DNA of 64,000 nt from Candidatus Melainabacteria bacterium 17Bon1m (GTDB lineage Bacteria > Cyanobacteriota > Vampirovibrionia > Obscuribacterales > Obscuribacteraceae): positions 1,016,974 through 1,080,973 of the forward strand of contig JAVLKG010000003.1 of the NCBI GenBank assembly GCA_032128875.1. Direction: 5' to 3'. The notes below the pieces were generated by a model, which had not been told where the DNA came from, ran no database searches, and saw only the letters and a list, made by a program, of their open reading frames with translations. Of the stretch, positions 1 through 10,065 are shown piece after piece; position 1 is the first letter of the stretch, and each line of letters opens with the position of its first letter. A program made the translations under genes and the position numbers.

Positions 1-2702
1 AAGAATTGCCCGCATATATTGAAACCAACCGCAAGGGTGGTGGAATCAGAGCGACGCTGGATGAAGCTTCGATCAACAAAATGCCAAAGGCTGTTGTTCC
101 GGAAGGAATCACTGAAGCCGAAGCGATCGCAATGCTTGAAAAATATCATTCACTTTCTCAAGCCGCTGCAGAACGTCAGAAACAAGTCAGAGCGATGTTC
201 AATGGTGAGAATGGCGAAGACGCGATCTTGTTGGCTCAACAAAGATTGAGAGATGAATTAGGCGATCCCAATGCCAGCCTTCAATCCAATATTCCTGTTC
301 TCGGTCCTGATGGTCAAGTCTATAACGTATTGGTCGAAGCGCAGAATCCGCGGCAAGAAATGCCACTACTCTGGGAGCAATTCAAGAAAGCCAAGAAAGA
401 AGAAATTGGTCCTCGCGGCGGAAAGAACAAAGTCCCGCAAACTGAAGAGGAATTCTTTGGCGACTATGCGGAGAAGATGGGAATCGACACGCCATATAAA
501 GCATTGGCTGATCAAGCCCGCGCGGGATTCCAACGCCTTCAGGATGAAATCGCTCAGGCGCTAGCCAAGCCGCAAACTAGCCGAATGGCATCCGACAAAA
601 TTAAGATTGCTAGAACTGCTCAGCTTGTCGGTGGTCTGGCTGGATTCGGCGCGATGTCTCTTGATCAAGGAGCGCAGGCCGCCGGCGTAACTGATAATCG
701 AGGTAACCCGATCATTGGATCTGGAACGCTTGTTGGCGGAGCCCTCATCATGGCAAGCTTGGCACATAGATTTGGACCGCAAGCGATCAGGAATTTTGCT
801 AAATGGTCAGGCGCTCATGCAGCTTCGATCTACAAAGACACACTTGATCATATCGATCAGCTTGATAAAGTCATGGCAACGATCAATCCGTCAACCCTGT
901 CGCCTGCAGCCCAAAAGGTGTTAAGCAAAGGAAACAAGCTCAACGGCAAGACCTTGGCTCGAAATATCTGGGAGCACAACGCCGCGGCTGTCATGTCGAA
1001 TTGGGGTGTTGATTGGTCGAAGAGCGCTAAAGGCGCTAAATGGGATGGTCAAGTTACCAAAGCTAGATCTCTGGCATTGTTGAGATCCAGGCAGGTCACC
1101 AGCGCTGAAGCGCTCCGCGGTAAAGCGGGAACGCTATTCGAAGACATGACGCAGCAACAAAGAGATGCCGCGGTTGGTTACTTCCTGAATCAGAAGACCC
1201 TTTCACAGAAAGTAAATCGCTTTGAAGCTGAGATGAAAGCCGCTGGAATTGCGCAATTGGCACAGGTTGATCCGAATGTCAAAAATGCTCTGGCCGCATT
1301 CAGTTATCTGAAAGATGCAGTAGCCCCAACCAGCCGCGCCTTCGAAGATGGCTTGGTTGATGCTTATCACAAAGGTCTATCCAATGCGATGGACTTCTAT
1401 TTCTTCATGAATCCTAAACACCATCTATTGAACCTGACTGATAGCTTCATTGGTGGCGGTGGAAGAGTGGGAGCCACGCGGATTGCCCGCGCCTGGCAAT
1501 GGTTGGCCGCCGACAAAGATATTCAGAAAGTATTCGCTGATTCAAATATTGTTGGATCATGGCGAGCGGAACAAACAAATCTGGCAGCCAAGAACGCGAC
1601 CAGTAAAGCTCTATTCGAACATGATTTTCCATCTGATCGAGTCAATGCCAATCGCGTCGCTCTTGGATCGCTGATTCAATATGCGGAAGATAACGCCGCC
1701 AGAATGAATCAAGCTGGATTCAAAGGCGATTCAAAGCAGTTTGTTAAGGAGCTATTCCAGGGGAATCTAGATCCTAGTTTGTCGATGGACGCAGGCGTTC
1801 ACATGGTTGAAACCCTGAGCCGGACTCTTGGAGTAGATCCATATCGAGTCAATACCGATTGGTTAAGCCGTCAAAAATTCTCAAGCTCATTGGGTGTTTT
1901 CGTCAAACAGCCGGCCAGAATTTCGCGCCTTGCGTTTACGTACGCAAAAAATGGTGAGTATGGAAAGCTGGCAACAATGCTTGGAATGATGGCTTTCTTT
2001 GGCGGCTCCGCCGTTCTTCCAATCGAACTTAAGAAGGTTTGGGAAAACGTTGATCCAAACAGCTACTTCCAAGTTGCTGGAGCGCTTGATCGATACAATC
2101 CATATTCAATGATTAGTGGTCAGAACGCCAGCAAAAAGCTGCAATGGGGAGTTAACCCGATTGGCATGACGACAACCAACCCCGCATGGACAACAGCGTA
2201 TGGCATGGCTGAAGATGTCGCTGAACTATACGGCGCATACACCAAACTGGCTGCTGTTCCTGGTGGTGTTTTTGAAGGGATGACCAGTCCACGAACCCAA
2301 GGCGAGCGCTCACAGATCGCCAGCAAGCTTCAAAAGTTCATCGGTGGTTTGACTCAAATTGTTTTGAATCGATTGCCAGGCAATATTCCAACCGGTGAAA
2401 CCACTCGCCTATGGAAGCAGCTCACGCCGGCGGTAACCGGTCAGACTGATATCACCTATTATCGAGACGGCGAGAATCGCCCATATCATCCGAAAGAAGA
2501 AGGCGTTCCGCTCAATAGACTTGGAATGAATAATTTCAATCCGGTATTAAATGCGGTACTACCTGGTGAGATGTCTGGCGTATATCAAAATCAAAATGGT
2601 GTCCTTGAACAGAAGGTCAGACAAGATCGCCGCCAGCGTGTACCAGCCGACCAATTGGGCTATCACGATCCTCTGATGCGGCAGCTTGCAACGCGTCGAT
2701 AA
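1..2702 (+). CDS. Large phage virion protein, probably ejection/internal virion protein (5' truncated)
   Basis: >=898 aa Ala/Gln-rich ORF with several hydrophobic segments; frame open to the window edge; same strand as the structural operon. Confidence 0.5.
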   Translation, partial: ELPAYIETNRKGGGIRATLDEASINKMPKAVVPEGITEAEAIAMLEKYHSLSQAAAERQKQVRAMFNGENGEDAILLAQQRLRDELGDPNASLQSNIPVLGPDGQVYNVLVEAQNPRQEMPLLWEQFKKAKKEEIGPRGGKNKVPQTEEEFFGDYAEKMGIDTPYKALADQARAGFQRLQDEIAQALAKPQTSRMASDKIKIARTAQLVGGLAGFGAMSLDQGAQAAGVTDNRGNPIIGSGTLVGGALIMASLAHRFGPQAIRNFAKWSGAHAASIYKDTLDHIDQLDKVMATINPSTLSPAAQKVLSKGNKLNGKTLARNIWEHNAAAVMSNWGVDWSKSAKGAKWDGQVTKARSLALLRSRQVTSAEALRGKAGTLFEDMTQQQRDAAVGYFLNQKTLSQKVNRFEAEMKAAGIAQLAQVDPNVKNALAAFSYLKDAVAPTSRAFEDGLVDAYHKGLSNAMDFYFFMNPKHHLLNLTDSFIGGGGRVGATRIARAWQWLAADKDIQKVFADSNIVGSWRAEQTNLAAKNATSKALFEHDFPSDRVNANRVALGSLIQYAEDNAARMNQAGFKGDSKQFVKELFQGNLDPSLSMDAGVHMVETLSRTLGVDPYRVNTDWLSRQKFSSSLGVFVKQPARISRLAFTYAKNGEYGKLATMLGMMAFFGGSAVLPIELKKVWENVDPNSYFQVAGALDRYNPYSMISGQNASKKLQWGVNPIGMTTTNPAWTTAYGMAEDVAELYGAYTKLAAVPGGVFEGMTSPRTQGERSQIASKLQKFIGGLTQIVLNRLPGNIPTGETTRLWKQLTPAVTGQTDITYYRDGENRPYHPKEEGVPLNRLGMNNFNPVLNAVLPGEMSGVYQNQNGVLEQKVRQDRRQRVPADQLGYHDPLMRQLATRR

Positions 2703-2732
2703 TTGCTTGGCTCAATTGCCTAAGCGAAGCTA
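2700..2732 (+). promoter_or_regulatory. Candidate phage late promoter motif, copy 1
   Basis: TAATTGCTTGGCTCA matches 15354-15368 at 14/15 positions, with near-identical spacing to the next ATG. Confidence 0.4.
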
Positions 2733-2759
2733 GGAAATATTTCCAGGGGATCTATTTCC

Positions 2760-3158
2760 ATGCCCAAAGGCAAATCAAATGAAATCAAAGAAGAAGGCGC
2801 CGAAACAAGCGCCGATGCAAATCGACCCAATAGCCAAGAAAATGTCAAACAAGGCAATGTTCGGGATGAAGCCGAAGGCGGGCAAGAAAGCCTGTCGCTA
2901 GTTGGCGCTGAAATCAAACCGCGCAAGGGGATGACGGTTTATTTCATTAGGGGTAGAGAAGTCAGCCCAGCCCTCGTTTTGAATGTCGTGAAGGATCAGG
3001 TCATTGATCTGAACTATCAGAGCATTCATACGCCAGGACGCTGTGTGACGATGCTCAAAGTTGAAAAAGGATTGAAAGCTGGTCAGTGGTGGCCTGACCT
3101 CGACGAGTCAGAGGCCGCGCTAAAACTTGAATTCTCCAAATGCTTCGCTGTCTCCTGA
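2760..3158 (+). CDS. Hypothetical phage protein
   Basis: 132 aa ORF with AGGGGA SD; acidic N-terminus plus a small beta-rich domain ending in WWP. Confidence 0.65.
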   Translation: MPKGKSNEIKEEGAETSADANRPNSQENVKQGNVRDEAEGGQESLSLVGAEIKPRKGMTVYFIRGREVSPALVLNVVKDQVIDLNYQSIHTPGRCVTMLKVEKGLKAGQWWPDLDESEAALKLEFSKCFAVS

Positions 3159-4818
3159 GCAGATTCTAGAAATGGTGGCTCAAGAAGCCGCCGTTGAAGC
3201 AATCCAATGGGAACAGAATAGACAAGATAGAGCAATCAAAGACCGGGCAGAACTAACTGTTCGCTGTGCTTATTCGCTGGAAGAGCGCGCCGCGGAGCTC
3301 GTACTTTGCCGCGAAGATATTTTTCACTGGTTAGATAACTGGTGTTGGATTGAAGAGCCGCGCGCCGATGTCCAAGAAATCCCATTCTTAAGATACGACT
3401 TCCAGACCGAATTCATTCAATGGGTGGTTGATAACGTCGCTGAAACTCTCGGCACGATCAAGAAGAAAACCCTATTGATTGAGAAATCCCGGGACATGGG
3501 GGTTAGCTGGACGTTAATCGCCGTCGCTGTCTGGTACTGGCTATTCCACAACAGATCATCTCTATTTGGATCAAGAAAAGCTGAATTAGCCGACAAATTG
3601 GGCGACATGAAAACCTTGCTGGAAAAAGCAAGATTCATCATCCGCCGACTTCCTGAATGGATGTGGCCGATCGGATTTGACCAGAAAGAAGATATGGGTC
3701 ACAACCTGATCAAGAACCCCAACGGTGGCGCGATTACCGCTGAAGCCAGTTGCGTCGACTTCGGACGGGGGGACAGAAAACTTTTCATTGTCCTGGACGA
3801 ATTTGCCAGTTGGCCGTATGACGACGCTGCAGCAAAATCAGCCGGCGGATCTTCATCTGTCCTGATTTTCGTATCAACTCCGAAAGGACCATATAACAAG
3901 TTCGCCCGGATGGCTCGAGGCGAAGACGACGTTACACCACTGATCAAAACACTGCATTGGACGCAGCACCCGATCAAAGCGGCTGGAATGTCGATGGATC
4001 ACGCAGGTAAACCGACTAGCCCTTGGTACCGCGAGCAGTGCAATTCAGGAACATTCTCAGCCGATGACATCGCTTCAGAATTCGATCTGAACTATGCGCA
4101 TTCGACCAAAGGACTTGTATTCCCGGACTATGTAGCCAATTGGCACAGAATGAAACTAATTCCGGATGAAAGATCCCCGATCATTCGGGTTTGGGATCCT
4201 GGAGTTAAGACATTCTATGTTCTCTTTTGCCAGGTCGATAAAGACCGCCGGATTCTTTGCCTTGATGAAGTCTGCATTACAGACGCCAATCTACACGATG
4301 TAGCGCAAGAAGTTTTGAGAGTCAGCAATGAACGCTTCAGGCGTTTCAATTTCCTGGACTGTGGCGACCCTGCTGGATCCAGAATCACTAACTCGCTGCA
4401 AGAATCGCCCGAGTTTGAAACGCTACGTGATGAATATGACATTGATATTGATGTGTCATTCATGGACGGAATGCGATCTGATTTGAAGGTCAAATCAAGA
4501 ATCACAGCGATTCACAACAAGCTCAGAGAGCTGAACGCCAGAACCAATACACCCGGTTTATTGATTGACCATGAGCGATGCCCCACGCTTGATAGGGCAA
4601 TGCTCGAAGGCTACCGATACAAGGTAGACAAGCACACGAAACGTGTTTCGGAAATTGTCGATGAAGAACACCCTTGGGAAGATGCGGTTGACTGTCTTGG
4701 TATGGGAATCCTATACAAACTCGGTCTTGGTACCAACAAACAAGGTAGCAAGAAAGTTGAGATTGAGAAGAATGTCATTCGTTGGCCCGGTCAAATGAGG
4801 CGCCAAAGAATTGTTTGA
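3127..4818 (+). CDS. terL: Terminase large subunit
   Basis: Walker A-like LLIEKSRDMGVSW, Walker B FIVLDEFA, coupling motif VSTP, nuclease motifs RVWDPG and EDAVDC. Confidence 0.92.
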   Translation: MNSPNASLSPEQILEMVAQEAAVEAIQWEQNRQDRAIKDRAELTVRCAYSLEERAAELVLCREDIFHWLDNWCWIEEPRADVQEIPFLRYDFQTEFIQWVVDNVAETLGTIKKKTLLIEKSRDMGVSWTLIAVAVWYWLFHNRSSLFGSRKAELADKLGDMKTLLEKARFIIRRLPEWMWPIGFDQKEDMGHNLIKNPNGGAITAEASCVDFGRGDRKLFIVLDEFASWPYDDAAAKSAGGSSSVLIFVSTPKGPYNKFARMARGEDDVTPLIKTLHWTQHPIKAAGMSMDHAGKPTSPWYREQCNSGTFSADDIASEFDLNYAHSTKGLVFPDYVANWHRMKLIPDERSPIIRVWDPGVKTFYVLFCQVDKDRRILCLDEVCITDANLHDVAQEVLRVSNERFRRFNFLDCGDPAGSRITNSLQESPEFETLRDEYDIDIDVSFMDGMRSDLKVKSRITAIHNKLRELNARTNTPGLLIDHERCPTLDRAMLEGYRYKVDKHTKRVSEIVDEEHPWEDAVDCLGMGILYKLGLGTNKQGSKKVEIEKNVIRWPGQMRRQRIV

Positions 4819-6820
4819 GAAACTTCGATTTATCCAATCCAACATTCCCCCGGTAACCTCCGATTACTGGAAGGAACCGGCACAACAGCTATACAACCAA
4901 TATAAGTACTTCGAAGAAGCCAGCCTAGATCTAAGAACAAATATTTGGCCCGCTTGCGCGCGAGCTTATTTCTGTCGCCGGCAATTGCCAGACAATGAAG
5001 GTATGGATTGGGCAAACGGATCCGATCTGGGTGAAACGGATATTTGGGATTCCGTTAACTATGCGGGCGACGCGCTATCCTTGGCGCTCTTCCCTCGCGA
5101 CCAATCTTATCTAGAACTGCTCAGCCAATACGAAGAAGATCAAGGCCTGTTGAATGACATCAGAGATCTTCTGATGATGTATCACCGGCAAGCTGACACC
5201 CGCGGTCAGTATGCGCGGCACATCAAACAGATGCTTATCTATGGAACGTCGGCTATCCGCTGGACGTGGCGCACGATTGAAGATCACAAGCAATTCCCGC
5301 CAACTGAAACTTTGCGCCGACTGTTGGAAGAAGGTGTTGAATTAGATCCGCTCGAAGACATCACCAAAACATATAAGAAGTATAAATTCCCGGTTAAGAC
5401 CTTCAACGGTCCTGTTATCCAGCCGGTCGATATGTACGACTTGTTTTTGGATCCTGCCGCTGATCTTTCCAATGAACACAAAACGGCAATCATTCAGCGT
5501 CTCTATTTGACGCCAGAAGAAATCGAACACGCCGAAGACGAGAACGGCGAGAAACGTTATTCGAATACAGACGGCATTGAACCAATGTCGCTTGAACAAA
5601 TCTATGGACAAGAATCAGAACGCCTTGAACTGGTAACTGAACTTGGATTGAATCCGATTGCCGCTGGCAATAGTTCAAAGAAGCTTGTTCCTGTTTACGT
5701 TTTTCACCAACCAGTGAGGAAATTTGACGGTGACAGCCATAAGTATGTCGACACCTATTTTTACCTGGCACTCAGCAACAGCCAAGAGCAATTCAAACTC
5801 ATTCGAGTCGAAGACAACCCCAACAGTCAGCTTGGCGGCCAGCGTACTGGAAGTAGGGGATTATATATTGACTCTTACGTGGATTGGCTTTCTGGTGCTT
5901 ATGGAATTGGCGCAGTTGAGAAATCCCTTTCCGCGTATGAACAGAAAAACGTAGTCGCGGCGCTCGGTCTGAACGCTCAATTGGCTTCCGTTTTCCCGGC
6001 ATACACCGTCATTGGTGGCGTGCTGCAGGACGATGCAAAGCTAAAAATGGCGCCCGGATCAATCAATGTGATCAACTATAAGCCGGCTATTGGAACTAAT
6101 TTCATTGCCCCTGTGCCAGCTCCAATCGGAACGGTTCAGTTAGGTATGCAGGCTGAACAATGGTATGGTCAAAAGATCGTTGGTCAATTCCAAGCCTACG
6201 GCGCTGCCGCTCAAGATCCAACCAAGTCGATCAAGACTGCAAAAACCGCAACTGAAATCAACACGCAGTCAACGACCGGATCTGTGATGAGAGATAACCT
6301 CTTGGAAAAAATCACGACCAGATCAGTTGAGCCGCTATTTCAAGACATCTATGAAGCTGCCCGCCTGTGGGTTGATGATATCAACACGTTTGAGAAATCA
6401 GCCGATGGCGATGGACGATTGGGTTCAGTTCAAAAGATGGATCTGGATCGCGACCGCCGCGTTATTTGTACCGGATTCCATGGACAAATGAATAAAGCCA
6501 AGGAAATTGAAGAACTGCAGAACGCTCTGCAAATCATCACGACCGGCAACGCGCTTGAACAGCTTCCGACCTTGCGCCCTGTCCTTCAGGATCTTGTATT
6601 CAAATTGCTGGGCCGCTTGGGCGTCAAGAATTTGGAGCAATACAAAGCTGATCCAATGCAGCTAATCATGAACGATCCAAATGTTCAGATGATGATCGAG
6701 CAAGAAATTCAGAAACGAATTGCCCAGTTGACAGGTCAGCCCGCGGTACCATCACCACAAGAAGGACCGCCACCAGGGGCGGTACCACCTGAAATGATGG
6801 GAGCCCAACAGGCAGCATGA
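4811..6820 (+). CDS. Portal (head-tail connector) protein
   Basis: 669 aa directly after terL; QMLIYGTS, DLFLDP, YGIGAVE and KTATEI motifs and a Gln/Pro-rich C-terminus typical of podovirus portals. Confidence 0.88.
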   Translation: MFEKLRFIQSNIPPVTSDYWKEPAQQLYNQYKYFEEASLDLRTNIWPACARAYFCRRQLPDNEGMDWANGSDLGETDIWDSVNYAGDALSLALFPRDQSYLELLSQYEEDQGLLNDIRDLLMMYHRQADTRGQYARHIKQMLIYGTSAIRWTWRTIEDHKQFPPTETLRRLLEEGVELDPLEDITKTYKKYKFPVKTFNGPVIQPVDMYDLFLDPAADLSNEHKTAIIQRLYLTPEEIEHAEDENGEKRYSNTDGIEPMSLEQIYGQESERLELVTELGLNPIAAGNSSKKLVPVYVFHQPVRKFDGDSHKYVDTYFYLALSNSQEQFKLIRVEDNPNSQLGGQRTGSRGLYIDSYVDWLSGAYGIGAVEKSLSAYEQKNVVAALGLNAQLASVFPAYTVIGGVLQDDAKLKMAPGSINVINYKPAIGTNFIAPVPAPIGTVQLGMQAEQWYGQKIVGQFQAYGAAAQDPTKSIKTAKTATEINTQSTTGSVMRDNLLEKITTRSVEPLFQDIYEAARLWVDDINTFEKSADGDGRLGSVQKMDLDRDRRVICTGFHGQMNKAKEIEELQNALQIITTGNALEQLPTLRPVLQDLVFKLLGRLGVKNLEQYKADPMQLIMNDPNVQMMIEQEIQKRIAQLTGQPAVPSPQEGPPPGAVPPEMMGAQQAA

Positions 6821-7113
6821 AAAATCTAAATATGTTCAAGCGCTATACACCGACTAGCGCTAAACGAATGATGACTTCGGAGCAGAAGGAACAAGTTCTT
6901 TTGGCTCGATTGGTTAACTCGCCCGAATGGGCGGCAGTGAAGCGAGCGACCGGCTTTTGCTTGAGTCGTTATGCTGCAGCGCCACCACTGAAACTCAATT
7001 TATTGATTGGCTATTTAACTTTCTCAATACTTAGGGATGGATTCAATCAGCTAATCGATCACATCGAATCTGAGGCAATGAAGGCTCCGAATCCGCATGA
7101 CTTTGACGAATAA
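6817..7113 (+). CDS. Small phage protein downstream of portal
   Basis: 98 aa, ATGA overlap with the portal; a small gene at this position is common in podovirus head modules. Confidence 0.7.
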   Translation: MKNLNMFKRYTPTSAKRMMTSEQKEQVLLARLVNSPEWAAVKRATGFCLSRYAAAPPLKLNLLIGYLTFSILRDGFNQLIDHIESEAMKAPNPHDFDE

Positions 7114-7144
7114 CGGCGACTAGGGGAAAGAGTCGTTCTCTAAG
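7112..7144 (+). promoter_or_regulatory. Structured leader motif, copy 1 (hairpin/possible pseudoknot)
   Basis: AACGGC-GACTAGGGGAAAGA-GTCGTT-CTCTAAG; similar element at 8564-8593. Confidence 0.45.
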
Positions 7145-7162
7145 CGAATAGGTAGGGAACGA

Positions 7163-7912
7163 ATGCCAGTAGAACTAATTGAACCGATGGAAGACGACAT
7201 TGAAGAAGTCGTTGACCAGGAACCGGAAAAAGAAGAAAAACAAGTTGAGCAACCTAAAGACACGCTGGCTATGGCGCGTCAAATCGGTGCAGAAATTTAC
7301 GGACAGATCAAAGCTGAATCTAACGCCCAAGGCGTGCAACAGCCTAGCAAAGTTCAGATCGCTATTAAGGAAATGCTGGATGAAGGCGTTCCTCCGCTTG
7401 CGATCAAACGAATCTTGAAATTGAGAGAAGCCGAACGCGCTGACGAGCAGGAGATTATGAATGCTCACCAGCAAAAGGCTGCTATGGATCGATTCAACGA
7501 TGAATGCTGGCAAATCGGCGCGATGGAACTTGAGAAATATTCAGCGAATATTCCAGTCCTCGCAAATGCTGGCCAGGGACTGAGATCAGATCTCTTGGCT
7601 CAGTTGAATGAAGTGATCAGCACTGATCCTGAATTCGCATCAGTCAGACATCAAATCCGATCGGGAAGACATCCGGACGCCAGGAAAGTCGCTCAGGGAG
7701 CCGCGAAAGTGGTTGACGCCTGGTTGGCTGGTAACGGCTTGTCTAAACCAAAACCGTCATTGAATCTGCAAAGCAGCAAGGTTCAGCCGGCGGAAGCAAA
7801 AGCAAATTTTGATGATTTCAGTAAGGGACAGAAGCAACTCTATCACACCGTACTGAAACACACGGGGGACGAGAAGAAGGCAATGAAGCGAGCTCTAGAG
7901 CTGGCAAGTTAA
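7163..7912 (+). CDS. Capsid scaffolding protein
   Basis: 249 aa, very acidic N-terminus, helical, located between portal and capsid. Confidence 0.7.
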   Translation: MPVELIEPMEDDIEEVVDQEPEKEEKQVEQPKDTLAMARQIGAEIYGQIKAESNAQGVQQPSKVQIAIKEMLDEGVPPLAIKRILKLREAERADEQEIMNAHQQKAAMDRFNDECWQIGAMELEKYSANIPVLANAGQGLRSDLLAQLNEVISTDPEFASVRHQIRSGRHPDARKVAQGAAKVVDAWLAGNGLSKPKPSLNLQSSKVQPAEAKANFDDFSKGQKQLYHTVLKHTGDEKKAMKRALELAS

Positions 7913-7924
7913 TAGGAGAAGATA

Positions 7925-8557
7925 ATGCCTGGTTTTGAATATGCCAAAGGATTGTCTGGAATCTCTGATCCCCTCAGAGACATGCAGATGCAAAACGGAG
8001 TCACGATCACTCGTGGCGATGCTCTGGAGTATGTCAACGGAAAAGTAGTTGGTGTTAACGCTAAAACCGATAAAGCCCGCTATGTAGCCGAAGAAACTTA
8101 TACTTGCGGCGCGACCGAAATCAAGAAAATCAAAGTAAAAAGTACCGCTAAAGGTCTGGCCGTTTTCAAAGTCGGCTTGACTCCCACCTTGAACGGTGTT
8201 GCTTGCCAATCAAACGCAAGTACCACCACTGTCAAAGCAGCCCTGACCGGAACTGATTCCGACATGGTTGGCGGTGTTGTATATATTCCGGAACTCAACC
8301 AACAAAGATTCATTACTGCAAACACCTATTCAGGCGGTGTAGTTACGATCACTGTTGCTGAGCCGTTCACCACTGCGCCTACTGTCGGTCATACCGTCAG
8401 AGCAACTGCTTTTGGTCCTGGTCATGAAGCTGTCCAATTCTCAGGAACTGGATCAGCCAATTTGAGCAACGTCCAAGGCGAAGCGGTATCAGGAAACATC
8501 AGCATCTTTGATGTGGATCTTTCCAAGAAAACAGCTTACGTCAGTTTTAACCCGTAG
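7925..8557 (+). CDS. Capsid decoration/cement-like structural protein
   Basis: 210 aa Gly/Thr/Val-rich ORF with strong AGGAG SD, between scaffold and capsid. Confidence 0.55.
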   Translation: MPGFEYAKGLSGISDPLRDMQMQNGVTITRGDALEYVNGKVVGVNAKTDKARYVAEETYTCGATEIKKIKVKSTAKGLAVFKVGLTPTLNGVACQSNASTTTVKAALTGTDSDMVGGVVYIPELNQQRFITANTYSGGVVTITVAEPFTTAPTVGHTVRATAFGPGHEAVQFSGTGSANLSNVQGEAVSGNISIFDVDLSKKTAYVSFNP

Positions 8558-8563
8558 GGTACT

Positions 8564-8593
8564 GATGACGAACTAGGGGGAGTCGTTTCCAAG
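8564..8593 (+). promoter_or_regulatory. Structured leader motif, copy 2
   Basis: GATGAC-GAACTAGGGGGA-GTCGTT-TCCAAG upstream of the major capsid gene. Confidence 0.45.
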
Positions 8594-8615
8594 ATCACTT
8601 AAGGAGTGAGAGGAA

Positions 8616-9539
8616 ATGACCGTAAAAACTACAGATTTTCCGCCAGCTTTGAAGTCCACTCTTCATGACGTCTTCGAAGCAAGTTGGAAGAAAAGACAAG
8701 ATCAGTATTCACGGGTATTCGATGTTGAAACCAGCTTCGACGCCTATGAAGACGAGCTTCAGATCCAGGGTCCGGACGAAATTCCGGTAGCCACTGAAGG
8801 CAGCGTTTTTGAACGCGTTGAAATCGAGAATGTCCGCTCTAAGAGATACACCCACGCCATTTATAAGGGCGAGGTCAAGATCACTAGAGAGGCACTCGAT
8901 GATATCAAATACGGCAAGATCACTGACGCAGTTGCAAAATTGGCTATTGCTGGTTTTAGAACTGTTGAAAGAATTGGCGCCGCGTTCTTCTATAACGGCT
9001 TGATCGGATCGGAATTGTCGCCTGATGGCGCTGCCGTATTCGGTACGCACAACCTGTCTAACCCGCTGCCCGGTCGCCCGACGACTGACAGCAACGCAGG
9101 AACCGGAAGACTTGGTTCTACCAATATCCGCGCTGCCCGCGCTGACGGTCGCAAGACCCTTGACGAACATGGTTCTTTGGCTCCGTACTACCTGACTCAA
9201 TTGTTAGTTGGTCCGGATCTCGAAGATGAAGCCTATGTTCAAAAAGGCAGCGATCAAAAGCCTGGAACGACTAACAACGATGACAACTATACCGGTCGTC
9301 AGATCAAGGACATTGTTGTTCTCGACTTCTTGGCTGAAGCGCCGAACTACTCCGATTCCATGTGGTTCCTTCGTGATCCTGACATGGCAAGGAATAAATT
9401 CTTCTGGCGCGTCAAACCAGAACGCAAGCTGATCCAAGAGGAAGCTTCTGGAGACTGGCTCTATCGCCTGTACTTCCGCTGCTCCGCTGGATGCTCGGAC
9501 TGGCGCGGTTTGTGGGCTTCTACTGGTACCACTGCTTAA
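8616..9539 (+). CDS. Major capsid protein (Mu gpT-like family, HK97 fold)
   Basis: 307 aa; F.VETS..AYE, ITREALDD, SPDGAAVF...H, LLVGPDLE, WFL and C-terminal GCSDWRGLWAS motifs; strong SD. Confidence 0.88.
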   Translation: MTVKTTDFPPALKSTLHDVFEASWKKRQDQYSRVFDVETSFDAYEDELQIQGPDEIPVATEGSVFERVEIENVRSKRYTHAIYKGEVKITREALDDIKYGKITDAVAKLAIAGFRTVERIGAAFFYNGLIGSELSPDGAAVFGTHNLSNPLPGRPTTDSNAGTGRLGSTNIRAARADGRKTLDEHGSLAPYYLTQLLVGPDLEDEAYVQKGSDQKPGTTNNDDNYTGRQIKDIVVLDFLAEAPNYSDSMWFLRDPDMARNKFFWRVKPERKLIQEEASGDWLYRLYFRCSAGCSDWRGLWASTGTTA

Positions 9540-9557
9540 TCATAGGAGTGAGTAACA

Positions 9558-10055
9558 ATGCCTGCTGAACAATCAAATATGGACAACCTGTCACTGTCAG
9601 GAACTCTGGCAGTGGCGGGTGTCGCCACCTTCTCCACCCCGCTTGCTAAATCGAATATCAACGCTTCAGTAAGACGGCAGAGAATGACAATTCCGCTGGC
9701 TCCGATCACCGGTGCCGCCGCGGATAGTACCAACTATTCAGGCTGGTTTTTCCCTGGTGTTGCTTGTACCGTAACCGGTATTTCGCTCATCACTGACACG
9801 CCGCCTACTGTTGGAACGGACGTATTCACAGCCAAGAAGGCTAGCGCCGCTGGTAATACCATGCTTAGCGCTGCCTCTTATAACTGCAACTCTCTTGTGG
9901 CAAACACCGGAACGCCAATGGCTTTAACCACCACGGCTTCCGATCTTCAATTGACCGCTACACAAGGCGCGCACTTGAGATATGCCGCGGGTGTTCAAAC
10001 TGTTGATTTGATCAACTTGTTTGCAACTGTTGAATACGAAGTAACTGATTCGTAA
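9558..10055 (+). CDS. Structural (head fibre/decoration-like) protein
   Basis: 165 aa Ala/Thr-rich ORF after the capsid gene, AGGAG SD. Confidence 0.55.
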   Translation: MPAEQSNMDNLSLSGTLAVAGVATFSTPLAKSNINASVRRQRMTIPLAPITGAAADSTNYSGWFFPGVACTVTGISLITDTPPTVGTDVFTAKKASAAGNTMLSAASYNCNSLVANTGTPMALTTTASDLQLTATQGAHLRYAAGVQTVDLINLFATVEYEVTDS

Positions 10056-10065
10056 GGATTAGTCT

